Positions 23,766 through 35,660 of a stretch of 64,000 nucleotides of DNA are shown here, piece after piece. The stretch is taken from assembly GCF_001194135.2 (NCBI RefSeq), contig NC_068981.1:146303929-146367928 (forward strand). The letters are read 5' to 3'. Origin of the DNA: Octopus bimaculoides (Eukaryota). The notes under the pieces are model-generated. The model had not been told where the DNA came from. It did no database searches and worked only from the letters and a program-made list of their open reading frames with translations. Both the position numbers and the translations under genes were made by a program. The stretch's first letter is position 1. Every line of letters begins with the position of its first letter.

Positions 23766-24131
23766 AGCCTTGAATGATATTGCAATATATTTATGAATAT
23801 AGTATTACCATTTTTTAGTTAAAGTCTTATATCATTAAATCATTCAGTGGTCCAGAAGAAACTGTTTTAAATAAAAGAAAAGCTGTCATTTTAACGGCAC
23901 AAATATCTAGGTGTTCATGAACTGTTATAACCCATAATTATCCGTAAATGGTATGCTCAATAATACGGTATAGGGGTCGGCCTTTATGCGAAAGTCTAAG
24001 TGTTATATTTTAGTCTTAAACACAAAAATTTGGAGTAACAAATTTTACCTTGACTTCAATCGTTGGTTTGAACGGATGCACAATTCTTCTATAATTTATA
24101 AAGCGGTCATAGTATATACTAATTTATAAAC

Positions 24132-24320
24132 TGGCACTCCGTCGGTTACGACCGCGAGTGTTTCAGTTGATCCGGTCAACAGAACAGCCTGCTAGTGAAA
24201 ATTAACGTACATGTGGCTGAGCACTGCACAGACACGCGTACCCTGAGCATACTTCTCAGAGAAATACAACGTGACACAGAATGTGAAAAAGCTAGCACCT
24301 TCAATTACAGGTGCAACAAC
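24132..24320 (-). mobile_element. SINE family D, 3' half
   Basis: tggcactccgtcggttacgac..ttgatccggtcaacagaacagcctgct matches 22942-23100. Confidence 0.8.
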
Positions 24321-24506
24321 ATTTACATGGGTATAAGAGAGACTAAATTAGATCGATCAGTATATGACAGGTGCGTATTTTATCAATTTCTTAATCTTGA
24401 AGTGTAAATATCGGCCTTAGTGGAATTTGAATTAAGAGCGTAAAAAATAAACTAATTTTTGTCAAGTCATTCTATTTGATGCTCTTCCGATGCGGCATTA
24501 TAATTA

Positions 24507-24732
24507 TAGGAGAAGGTGCTGAAAAGTTCCTGACTGCAAGGGTCTCACGAAAGCGAAAGAACTCGGAATGTTAGGCTAGAAGCCCAACCTTCCGAGTTCT
24601 TTTACAGGGTTTGACCACTGCAATAAGTGTGCGAATCTGAGAGGAGAGAATGTGGTGAACGAAGTCATAATTAACTGATCTTCCTGTATTTTCTTTTACC
24701 CAAAGTCAGGAACTTTTCAGCACACCCCAGTA
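24507..24732. mobile_element. Mariner-derived MITE
   Basis: TA..ggtgctgaaaagttcctgact / agtcaggaacttttcagcacacc..TA; retains a mariner C-terminal trace (CNKC.NLRGE); TIR resembles the 3700-3720 mariner end. Confidence 0.85.
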
Positions 24733-25394
24733 ATTAAATAAAAGGCGTAAAGTACGGGCGACTTCACAGCGTTTAAAGTGATTTAAAATTTTTAAATACT
24801 TTGTAAATAATTGTTATTAATTATAAGTTTTCATTACAAATTCATTTGCCAACGTATTTTCATTGTTTAGATATTATTGCTGTTTCAACAAGATTGTTTA
24901 CGAATCAATGTTACCACGAGGCAACAATGTTGCCACGAGGGTTATAATGATATTTACGTTGCAAACACAATTACATTAAATGTTATTAAATTGAATTTTA
25001 TGCTTGTGTTGATCTTACTTTTAATCAACCCTCCAGCATCCATGTAATGAATTTGCGAAAGAGGAATTCGTTCGTTGTTTTTTTGTATTCTTCTCTTAGA
25101 TGATTAAGAAATCCTATTTTTGATTAAATTTAAAAACTATACCATTGGAATGATTTATGTAGAAACGGTGCAGCATTGAATGAAACTGTTATGGTTGGCC
25201 CTAATCGCGAAAATTCATAATCAAAGCCATTCAAGCCATTAGGAATAAAAATGTAGGCCTTTTTTTTTTTTAGATAAGAATGTTTTGACATAGACCTAGT
25301 TTTCATTCGATGCTCCTTTATTGGTTTGTTTTCATTAAGGTAAATCCGAGTTGCCGTCATTCTGAGTTGGAGTAAAGGAGGATAAAGGATAAAG

Positions 25395-25685
25395 ACCGCT
25401 TTTGGGATTGCATCTAGAAAGTTATCCTTCGAGGAACAAGTCTGGGCAAGGTTGTTTTGTGGAAAACCAGCAGTCGCCCATGCACACCAGACACCCTTCT
25501 CTACGCCACCAAAGGTTTCCAAGGGAAAAGTAAAGGCTGATTCATCTTGTCCCCAGTGATGTTGCAACTCATTTTCTACAGTTGAGTGAACTGGAGCAAC
25601 GTGAAATAGAGTGTCTTCCTCAAGAACACAACACACAGCCCGAAGACTTCGTAAAGTAGTGTTATGTTGGAATCGCCAAGCCTTT
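25395..25685 (-). mobile_element. SINE family E (long version)
   Basis: gggattgcatctagaaagtt..gttgagtgaactggagcaacgtgaaata..caagaacacaac; matches 59690-59940. Confidence 0.78.
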
Positions 25686-26096
25686 GTTGTCAACTTTAGA
25701 AATTTTAAGAAAACCCAGGAAGTGAAACCGTGCCGTGATTTCAGCAGCTAAGTTAGGAACACTCTTTGTGGTCTTTATCAAATTAGGAGCATATTACAGT
25801 GTTCAGCAAGAGAGGAGCATGCCTCTTACTTTGCAGTGCTTGCCACACAGGAAGTCAGAATATTATGAGAAATATATGATCAATTAGCTGCGTGCCGGAA
25901 CTATGTTGTTTACACAGCCAGGAAGATGAATTTTCAAGTCAGCCGAACTACGTTAATAGTCGTAATGTTTGTATTTTTGCTGAAAACCAGTGCAAATCTC
26001 TGTGTTGTTTTTAGTTGGGGGCCTTTTAAGGTTATCTACATGTCATACACATACTCACATATACATACATACATACATACATACACACATATATGC

Positions 26097-26135
<39 letters not shown>

Positions 26136-26519
26136 TTCCCTTATTAACGAAAAGGCAGACACTTAAAAAGATCTTTCATACGCATCTCTGAAATCTCTTA
26201 ATCAAAATTTAATAGGTTACACACATGCAGGTGAATATGNNNNNNNNNNNNNNNNNNNNNNNNNNNNNNNNNNNNNNNNNNNNNNNNNNNNNNNNNNNNN
26301 NNNNNNNNNNNNNNNNNNNNNNNNNNNNNNNNNNNNNNNNNNNNNNNNNNNNNNNNNNNNNNNNNNNNNNNNNNNNNNNNNNNNNNNNNNNNNNNNNNNN
26401 NNNNNNNNNNNNNNNNNNNNNNNNNNNNNNNNNNNNNNNNNNNNNNNNNNNNNNNNNNNNNNNNNNNNNNNNNNNNNNNNNNNNNNNNAACCTACCACCC
26501 TCACTTCCCAAATATTAAC

Positions 26520-26737
26520 AACCCTTTCTACTAAAAGTACAAGGCCTGAAATTATGAGGAAGGGGACTAATAGATTTCATCAACCCCAATGTTTCACTGG
26601 TACTTAATTTACCGGCCTGAAAGGATGAAAGGCAAAGTCGACCTCGGCAGAATTTGAACTCAGAATGTAAAGACGGGCAAAATACTGCTAAGCATTTTAC
26701 TCAGTGTGCTAACGATTCTGCCAGCTCGCTGCCTTCC
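26520..26737 (-). mobile_element. SINE family C
   Basis: Family consensus motifs on the minus strand. Confidence 0.88.
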
Positions 26738-26739
26738 CT

Positions 26740-26945
26740 AATATTGGTTTCAAATTTTGGCACAAAGCCAGGAATTTTGGGGGAGAGTGCTAATCGATTA
26801 CATCGACCCTAGTGTTCAACTGGTACTTAATTTATCGACCCTCGAAAAGATGAAAGGCAAAGTCGACCTCGGCGGAATTTGAACCCAGAACGTGCAGATA
26901 GACGAAATGTCGCTAAGCATTTTACTCTGCGTGCTAACGCTCTCC
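26740..26945 (-). mobile_element. SINE family C, directly tandem to the previous copy
   Basis: Family consensus motifs on the minus strand. Confidence 0.85.
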
Positions 26946-27164
26946 CTAATATTTATAATGATTACTGTGCTAGCGACGATGGTAGATTAGCAGAATCGTT
27001 ACAACGTACTTTTAGTAATTTCCTCCGGTACTTCACGTTATATTTAAAATCCCACTGAAATCCACTTTACCTGGGATTGAAAAAGTAAATTTTGCAGAAT
27101 TAGTATCCTTTTTAAGAACATTAGCCTGGTAACTGCTGCAAAACAAGCTTTGACTTAATGTCCC

Positions 27165-27358
27165 CAGTATGAAGCCAGGTGAGCTGGCAGAACTGATAGT
27201 ACGCCGGGCAAAATGTCTAGTGGTATTTCGTCTGTTTTCACGTTCTGTGTTCAAATTCCGTTAAGGTCGACTTTGCCTTTCACTCTTTCGGGGTCGATAA
27301 ATTAAGTACCACTTAAGCACTAGGGTCGATATAGTTGATTCATCCCTCCACCAAAACT
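27165..27358 (+). mobile_element. SINE family C, inverted relative to the preceding copies
   Basis: gtgagctggcagaactgatagtacgccgggcaaaatg..gactttgcctttcactctttcggggtcgataaa. Confidence 0.85.
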
Positions 27359-27373
27359 GNNNNNNNNNNAAAC

Positions 27374-27448
<75 letters not shown>

Positions 27449-27449
<1 letters not shown>

Positions 27450-28030
27450 GAGTGAGAGAGCAGTCCATACCATCAAAGTAATTCTGGGGTAAAATATACG
27501 AAGTCCAGTATACCTATCATGAATACCCGTTTGATAAGGGTACACCAGGCACATACATGCCAACAATATGTGCGTCACATGGTGATCTTATATCAAATAA
27601 ACAACGCATGACATTGCAGGTGGGGTCTCAGTTAGAATTTTCTTCAGGTCAAGTAGCCCATCCTGCTCAAAAACTCCCTGAATAAGGGTTGTTTAAGGAT
27701 GTCGAATAAAACACCCAGAGGTGAATTATTTAAACCCTAAAGAATTCCTCTCAACCCATAGTTATGATGCTCCCCCACTACTTCTGCTCGTGATCAGAGA
27801 TGCACATATCGTCAGCCACGAAGGAACATGCTCAACTGGTTAAGGTCAAACAACTGACAAGCAAATCTGTGGTATTAAGCAGAATATTTGTTGTAGTCCA
27901 TCTTTTATACCAAGACAAAACAATGTACATGATAACACTTCCAATCAATTAAGATCAGAACCCGTGAGAGCCATTGCCTGGTACGATGTGCATCACAACC
28001 ATATGTGCGCGACATAGTGATCAGGGCGTT
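27449..28030. mobile_element. About 580-bp unclassified interspersed repeat flanked by (ATT)n/(TTG)n
   Basis: Higher-complexity block with sharp microsatellite borders and an internal partial direct repeat (27555-27590 vs 27986-28022); resembles a recalled octopus repeat, unverified. Confidence 0.5.
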
Positions 28031-28077
28031 TATTTTCAAATGTTGCAGAGTTATCATTATCATTATTGTTGTTGTTG

Positions 28078-28460
28078 TTACCTCCGCCTTAGCGAAGGTG
28101 GAGGTATTGTTTTCATTTGTGTTTACTTGTTTGTTTGTTTGTTTGTCCGTGGACAAGATAACTCAAGAACCGCTGGATGGATTCGGATGAAACTTTCAGG
28201 GATGTTTGGCTTCAAGACTGACACAAATTGATTAGATTTTGGGATCGATCCGGTACCGGAGAAGTATTCTGGATTAATTTTCCTGTTCTTTTTTTTTTTT
28301 TTTTTACCTAATTTTTGAGAGCGGCGTTCAGTTTTAGTATTCTCGTTTGTGAGAGCAGTCGAGTTTATTTCAGATATTCTCATTTTAAAATCAATCTGGC
28401 TAATCATTCAGAGGACGTTGATGATGCCTTGGCCGAAGTTTGGACTCTTTGAGTGGTTTT
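28078..28460 (+). mobile_element. Helentron-associated non-autonomous element (HINE/DINE-1-like)
   Basis: 5' stem-loop acctccgcc/ggtggaggt (28080-28105), (TTTG)n-GTCC microsatellite, 3' subterminal ggccgaagt complementary to the 5' motif, terminal actc-ttt-gagt hairpin, T-rich flanks. Confidence 0.75.
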
Positions 28461-28596
<136 letters not shown>

Positions 28597-28811
28597 AAGG
28601 CGACGAGCTGGTAGACTCGTTAGCACGCTGGACGAAATGCTTAGCGGTATTTCATCCGTCGGTACGTTCTGAGTTCAGATTCCGCCGAGGTCGACTTTGC
28701 CTTTCATCCTTTCGGGCTCGATAAATTAAGTACTAGTGAAACACTGGAGTCGATGTAATCGACTATTCCCCTCCCCACAAATTTGAGGCCTTGTGCCTTC
28801 AGTAGAAAGGA
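28597..28811 (+). mobile_element. SINE family C, low divergence, full length
   Basis: aaggcgacgagctggtagactcgttagcacg..agtagaaaggatt. Confidence 0.92.
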
Positions 28812-28859
28812 TTTTTTATTATTATTATTATTATTATTGTTATTATTATTGTCTCTTTA

Positions 28860-28947
28860 TCACCAGTTACGCATTGGGGTTGATGTAATCGATTTAATCC
28901 CTCCCCCAAAATTTGAGGCCTTGTGCTTCCAGTAGAAAGGATTATCA

Positions 28948-28986
<39 letters not shown>

Positions 28987-29118
28987 GATATCATTATTAT
29001 TATTATTATTTATAAACTCACAACAGATTATACTGTTTGAAAATAAAAGTTCCTAAAACTGGTGTCGATGTAATCGACTGGTCCCCTCCCAATAAATTGC
29101 GGGCCTTGTGCCTTTAGT
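28860..29118 (+). mobile_element. Two additional SINE-C 3' modules (28860-28942, 29060-29118) separated by (ATT)n
   Basis: gatgtaatcga..ccctccc..aaattt.gggccttgtgc..agtagaa.ggatt repeated. Confidence 0.8.
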
Positions 29119-29187
29119 AGAATGGATTATTGTTGTTGTTGTTGTTGCTGTTGTTGTTGTTGCTGCTGCTGTTGTTGTTATTGCTTA

Positions 29188-29905
29188 GAAGGCAGCGAGA
29201 GCGGAGCAAAATGTTTGGCCGCATTTCGCCCATCTTCACATTCGGAGTTCAAATTCCGCTGCGATCAACTTTGCCTTTCATCCTTTTAGGATCGATAAAT
29301 TAAGTCCTGGCGGGGGAGGCTGATATAATCGATCTACCCGTCAAATTTCAGTATTTACCCCGCCAAATTTCAGTATTTGCGTCCATAGTAGAAAGGCTAA
29401 TTATTATTATTGCTTTGTTGTTGTTGTTTTGTTGTTGTTGTTGTTGTTTTTGTTGTTGTTAAGAAGGCAGTAAACTGGGAAAAATGCTTATCGGTATTTC
29501 GTCCATTCACCATTTCGTCCATCTTTATATTCTGAGTTCAAATTCCGTCGAGGCTGAGTTTCCCTTTCATCCTTTTGGGGTTGATAAAATAAATGCCAGT
29601 TGAACACTAGTGTCAATGTAATCGACTTAGCCACTCTTCCGACATTACTGGCCTTGTGACAAAATTTTAAATCATTATTATAATTATTAAAGCAGATTGC
29701 TGGCGGAATCCTTAAGTAACGGTGGATAAAATGCTTAGCAAAATTTTTTCCGGTTTTATGTTCTGAGTCTAAATGTCGTCCAGGTCGACTTCGCTCTTCA
29801 TCCTTTCTGTGTCGATTAAACTACAGTACTATCAAGTACTTAGATCGATTGTATCGACTAATCCCTCCCCACCAAAATTTCTAGCCTTTTGTCTAAATTA
29901 TAAAC
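29188..29905 (+). mobile_element. Three further tandem SINE-C copies (29188-29398, 29463-29680, 29690-29905)
   Basis: Each shows head, gagttcaaattcc, ctttcatccttt and tail motifs; separated by (TTG)n/(ATT)n. Confidence 0.82.
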
Positions 29906-30411
29906 TGTTATGACTAATATTGTTACATTCCATACCGCAAATTGGCCAATCTTAACCCTTACCAGCATCTTGACACCACACACCTCTGCCATTTTATCCT
30001 TGCCAATTATTACAATGATGATTACGATGATGATAAGGTGACGGAGCAGAAGGGAAGCAGGAGGAGGAGGGGGAGGAGAGAATGTGGTTATTATAAATTG
30101 GATGGCGGTTACGATTAATTTCCATTCATCCTAAAATGTTTCTCTAAAGTATTATATCTTTTAGAAAAATCTTTTGAAAATCAATATCGTTAAAACTGCC
30201 TTTCTAACATAGCTTTGCAAATTATAATAGAAGTTGGTGCAACATAAATACAAATAGAGAAAAAGAGGATGAAAGAAAATGGAGGTTTTTTTATGAAACC
30301 AAAACGGGTTTCTTTCTTTAAAGATTTTTTTTAGATTTTTTTTTTTCAACCAAAGTCTTGAGTCATTCGCGTTTCCCTTTGAGAAACTCTGCAAATTAAT
30401 TTAATATAATC

Positions 30412-30605
30412 ATCATCGTCATTGTCACCATCGTCGTTGTCATCACCATCTCCTTCACCACCACCACCTCCATCATCGTCATTGATAACAGCATCATCAT
30501 CATCGTCATCATCATATTGCCATCATCATCGTCATCGCCATCATCATCGTCATCGCCATCATCATCGTCATCGCCATCATCATCGTCATCGCCATCATCA
30601 TATCA
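30412..30605. repeat. (CAT)-based low-complexity tract with 18-nt units (catcatcgtcatcgccat)
   Basis: Direct reading. Confidence 0.88.
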
Positions 30606-31189
30606 TTGACTTTTTCGGATTCACAAAATTATTTCAGAAATTTCGTGAATTTATAATTTCTCCATATCTTCGTAACCTTATATGGCTCCTTCTTAATTTT
30701 CTTTTCTTTTGTCTTTTCTCAAAGACATTTTTCTCTTTCAGTATTGCACGATGTCCTTAAGGACAATTTAAATAAAACTGACAGACAATTTTTTCTTTCT
30801 TTTTTATTATTTTTAATATATTCTAATACGTAAAAAATTATCAACAGAATCATTCAACACTGTTTACCGTTTTGAATTTTTCAGTTATCTTACCTGAATT
30901 AAATTCACATTCATGATTACAAAGGAGAGAATTCGAAACATTCTCTACGAGTAGAGCATACAGATTGACGCATTCAGTTCCTGAAATCCTAGCTTTACTT
31001 CTGCTCTCAATAAAACGAAAAAAATGTACTTCAAATTACTCAGACACTGTCAAAAATAGTATTCGTACTAATAAAACCTGTACTTGTTTTCGAAATTACT
31101 TTTACGTTCTTATTTACCTCTAGTGAGAATATTGGTAAAGGCTTTTGTGCCTATGTTATAAACCATCATATTTATTTTATAATATTCAT

Positions 31190-31390
31190 GGCGAAGGATT
31201 GGTAGATTCGTAATAGCATCGGAAAAATACATTGTGGTATTTGTTCAGTATCTTACCTTCTGAGTTCAAATGACTCGGAGATCAAATTAGCTTTCCATTC
31301 TTTCGAGGTCGACAAAATATAGTACCAACCAAGTAATCCGGTTAATGGTATCGATTATTTCCCTCCTTTCAAAATTACTGACCATGTTCT
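31190..31390 (+). mobile_element. SINE family C, old copy
   Basis: tctgagttcaaatg..ctttccattctttcgaggtcgacaaaat.tagtacc. Confidence 0.7.
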
Positions 31391-32599
31391 TAGTTCTTTT
31401 CCTATGCATTTTGCTACCAAATGTGTTTATCTTTGTATATATTAATATAGTCCGACGGCGGCTTAACTGGCCGATACTTTGAAATCATTGTCAACAATAT
31501 TTTTGTTTAAGAATATATGGGTGTGTATGTGTGTGCGTGTGTGTGATACAGAGAGAGAACAAAGAGTGATGTAGAAAGTTAGAGCAATGAAATTTGACAT
31601 AGATTATATACATATATATATCTGAAATTTATATATATATATATATATATGAAATTTATATATAAATGAAATTTAGCCTTAACAAACGAATATCAAGAAC
31701 ATCGTTTGGTAGACTCCACGAACGTTTTGAATATAAACATTATTGCTACTTCGTTACATTGTTCACAGCACGTTCTTAAACAGATTTTTCAACACTTCAC
31801 AAATCATTTGTATATCGAGCGTCGATCTTTTTGTGTTAATGGCTTAAATTTTCATCAGCAATAACACTTGATTAAATATTACTCAACAATTTAAGATGAT
31901 CTTTTTTTAAAAAAGAGAATTTTAAATCCTTTCTAAGGAACATCCTGTGGTTAGTGTTCGACGACGCGTTTATCATTCGCCTTCATACTATTCTATCAAA
32001 ATGCCAGTTTGTATTTCTTAGTCTTTTACTCGAACCACTAAGCTAATTTTGATTTATTTTTGCCTTTTATTAGAAACAGTGATACAGAAATGTAACTCAA
32101 AAGCAATAAAGAAAATAAACTATTGTAGAACCAGTGCTTTATTTACACAGAACGTTCTGTCTAGACAATTAATAATTATAAAATTGTTACCTTTTTTTTT
32201 TTCAGGATTGTGTTTGCTTAATAAAATGTGTGGAAAAGTAAGTAATTATATCGTGGAAATAAGATGATAGCCAATTAAAATTTACTTATATGGTCATATT
32301 TATCGTTACTCTATTTTGTGATGGTATTCTTCTCATTTTTAATAATCTTTTGACTGGTTTCGCTCATTGGACTGCAGCCATGGTATGGCCTGTGTTGGAG
32401 AGTGTTAGTCGATCACATCACCTCCCATCAGTTACTACTTCAATTTGGTATTTTATTTATAGTCAAAATTTAACTAATTGCTACATACAAGTTTGTGAAA
32501 AATTAAATACCAGTTTTACACAGACATGGACATCACTCACACACATTCACGCTCTCTCTCTCTTTCTCGCTCTCTCTCTTTCTCGCTCTCTCTCTCTCA

Positions 32600-32672
<73 letters not shown>

Positions 32673-32807
32673 ACTCGTTTTTCTTTTTCAGTGGGANNNN
32701 NNNNNNGTGTGTGTGTGTGTGTGTGTGTGTGCGCGTGCGTGCGTGCGTGCGTGCGTGTCTGTGTGTGTGCGTGTGTGTGCTTTTTTTTGTGTGTGTGTGT
32801 GTGTGTA

Positions 32808-33177
32808 TTTGACAAATTAAGTAAACATAAGGACCTGGAAATTGAAATACATCGTAAAGCGAGAACTGTTCCTGTTATTGTGAGTGCCCTTGTTATGTTA
32901 AGAAAGGGATGTCAGAAACATCTCGATAATATCCCAGGAGAACCATGTCTCAGAGAACTCCAAAAGATTGTGCTGACGAGTACTTCCCACATCCTTAAAA
33001 AAAACCTTATCAATTTAAATGTATGTGTCGTATTACATGAAGATATTTCGCTACTGCCCCTGCCACTTGCCCTCCCCAAGCTTTCAGTCATACTGTAACA
33101 TCTCTTATCGTTCATTCGCCCTAGGACGCTGGGTGTGTCTCGGCGAGTGACTGTAACACACATGCGGATTAAAAGTA
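32808..33177 (+). mobile_element. RLE (R4/Dong-type) LINE 3' end with 3' UTR and (AAT)n tail (33178-33254)
   Basis: KLSKHKDLEIEI..RTVPVIVSALVML..ELQKIVLTSTSHILKK. Confidence 0.8.
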
Positions 33178-33242
<65 letters not shown>

Positions 33243-33254
33243 TAATAATAATCA

Positions 33255-34192
33255 TTGAAAAGAGGAAAGAGTTATAAGTATCTAGAAGTATTAAAATTTG
33301 CCAGAGTACTAACTACAGAAATGAAAACGGAAATTGAGGAGTCCATTAGAAGGGTGAGGAAGTTAATGAAATCAATGCTAAATGGTCCGAAACTAGCGAA
33401 GGCTGTAAATACTTGGGCAGTATCATTACTGAGATACTCAGCAGTTTTTGTAGATTGGACACAAACTGAATTAGCAAAGCTAGAGAGAAGGACTAGGACG
33501 GAATTCAATATGAATGGAGGACTCCACCTAAGAGCAGGAGTAACAAGATTATACCTACCTAGAAAGGAAGGCGGAAGAAGGTTAATATCAGTAGAAGGCT
33601 GCATGGAGTTAGCTAGAGTAGATATAGACTCCTGTGCAGGTAATAGTGAAGAAACATTTTTAAAAGCTGCTAGGGTCACAGCAAGACCGAAACAAAGTTA
33701 AAAACAAGAAAAAAGAACAGAAATTATCTGACTAGCAGGAGAAGGCGTTGCATGGTAGTTTCTCAAAGATATTTGCAGCAAATAGTAGTAGGAAGACATT
33801 GTTATGGTTGCAGAAAGGAATGCTGAAGTGGGAGACAGAAAGTTTGTTAGTAGCTGCACAAGATGAAGCAATAAGGATTGATTGGATAAATGCCAAGTTA
33901 GACAAAAACCAAGTAGATTCCCAATGTAGATTATTCAAATCAAGAGAGGAAAGTGTTACTCATATAATAAATGAATGTAGCATGCTGGCACAGAAAGAAT
34001 ACAAGAAAAGACATGACAATCTAGGGAGAGAATTCCACTGGAAGCTATGTAGAAAGCTAGGATTTGAACATACTGATAAATGATATGAACATGAACCTAG
34101 TAAAATACTAGAAAGTAAGAAATACAAGATGTAGGACTTTAATATTCAGACTGACAGAGTAATAGAAGCTAGAAGGCCTGATTTGGTAGTAT

Positions 34193-34249
<57 letters not shown>

Positions 34250-34640
34250 ATAAAGAGATTGGAAAGTGTCAGATAATTGACTTTACAATCCCAAATGATG
34301 AAAAACATTAATATGAGAAGTATAGAAAAAATAGCTATTGAATTACAGATGCTATGGAAGGTTCGGGCAAAACGTATCCCAGTAGTTATAGGTGCATTGG
34401 GAACTATTCCTAAAGATCTGATCATATGGAGAGAGGGAATAGGCAGCTCCAGAAAATAGTACAGCTGGAGATGTACAGAATAGTACAGCTGGAGCTGTAC
34501 AGAATAGTACAGCTCCAGAAAACAGTGTTATTGGGGACAGCTAGGATACTTAGGAGCATTCTTGGCATCTAAGATTACTTGCTGTAACCCAATAGGATGG
34601 TTCTTGGCATCTAAAGCTACTTGTTGTAGCCTGATATTAG
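33255..34640 (+). mobile_element. 5'-truncated RLE (R4/Dong-type) LINE: RT C-terminus/thumb, CCHC knuckle, RHD, PD-(D/E)XK endonuclease
   Basis: SYKYLEV..AVNTWAVSLLRYSAVFVDWT..RLYLPRKEGGRRLISVE; ETESLLVAAQDEAI..CRLFKSREESVTHIINECSMLAQKEYKKRHDN; ARRPDLVVL..IIDFTIP..IPVVIGALGTIPK..LQKTVLLGTARILR. Confidence 0.92.
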
Positions 34641-34689
34641 GATTCTTTTCTTTTCCAACAGTCTAATCTGAGAATATATGAAAATAATA

Positions 34690-34865
<176 letters not shown>

Positions 34866-35629
34866 GGTAATCGTATGGAGTGTTAAACAAAACAACGCGA
34901 TTCGATTTTTGTTAACAATCATAGACTATACTCGGCTTACGGTATTAATGCTACTGAGAAAGACATAAATATTTGCATATTACCATCTGTCTCTAGAAAT
35001 ATAAGACTGTGTACTGTAAAACAATGTAAAAAAAAAATAATCTGTATTGCTAGCATTAATGTTGAAATCTTCTTGGTACAAGCTAATATCATGAACTGAA
35101 ATCTATATAGAGAAACAACTAACAACATTAAATGCAGAATTCCAGTGTATATTCCAACAATACTTGGACTGGCTGGCTAAATGTAAATATTGACATAAGT
35201 ATGTATATCTGCATATTTTCTTAATGTCACAACGTGTTAATTTATACACGCTGTTTCTTTGTTTGTTATTATTGCTGGTTATTATTTCATTGAAGATATT
35301 TGGCAGAGACCTCTGAAATACTTGTACTCTTGTGTTATTTAGTTATGGATTGTACGTTCTCAAGCACCTGCTAACATTAATTTAAACCTATCATTGTTAC
35401 AAGATCAATAGAGCACCAATCAAATACCGATATTGATTTGTTTGACCATATCCTACGCCCAAATATGTGATACTGAGCCAATATTAAATATATATATATA
35501 TATATATATATATANNNNNNNNNNNNNNNNNNNNNNNNNNNNNNNNNNNNNNNNNNNNNNNNNNNNNNNNNNNNNNNNNNNNNNNNNNNNNNNNNNNNNN
35601 NNNNNNNNNNNNNNNNNNNNNNNNNNNTA

Positions 35630-35660
<31 letters not shown>

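Noticed and set aside
28740-29905. Regularly spaced similar units resembling a CRISPR array
   Set aside because: Units are long, diverged SINE parts with microsatellite spacers in eukaryotic DNA, and there are no cas genes
30422-30760. Ser/Pro/His-rich ORF resembling a metal-binding peptide
   Set aside because: Translation of a (CAT)-based low-complexity tract, with no splice or start context
31680-32050. Possible Tc1-like transposon fragment
   Set aside because: No readable TIR pair or convincing transposase peptide
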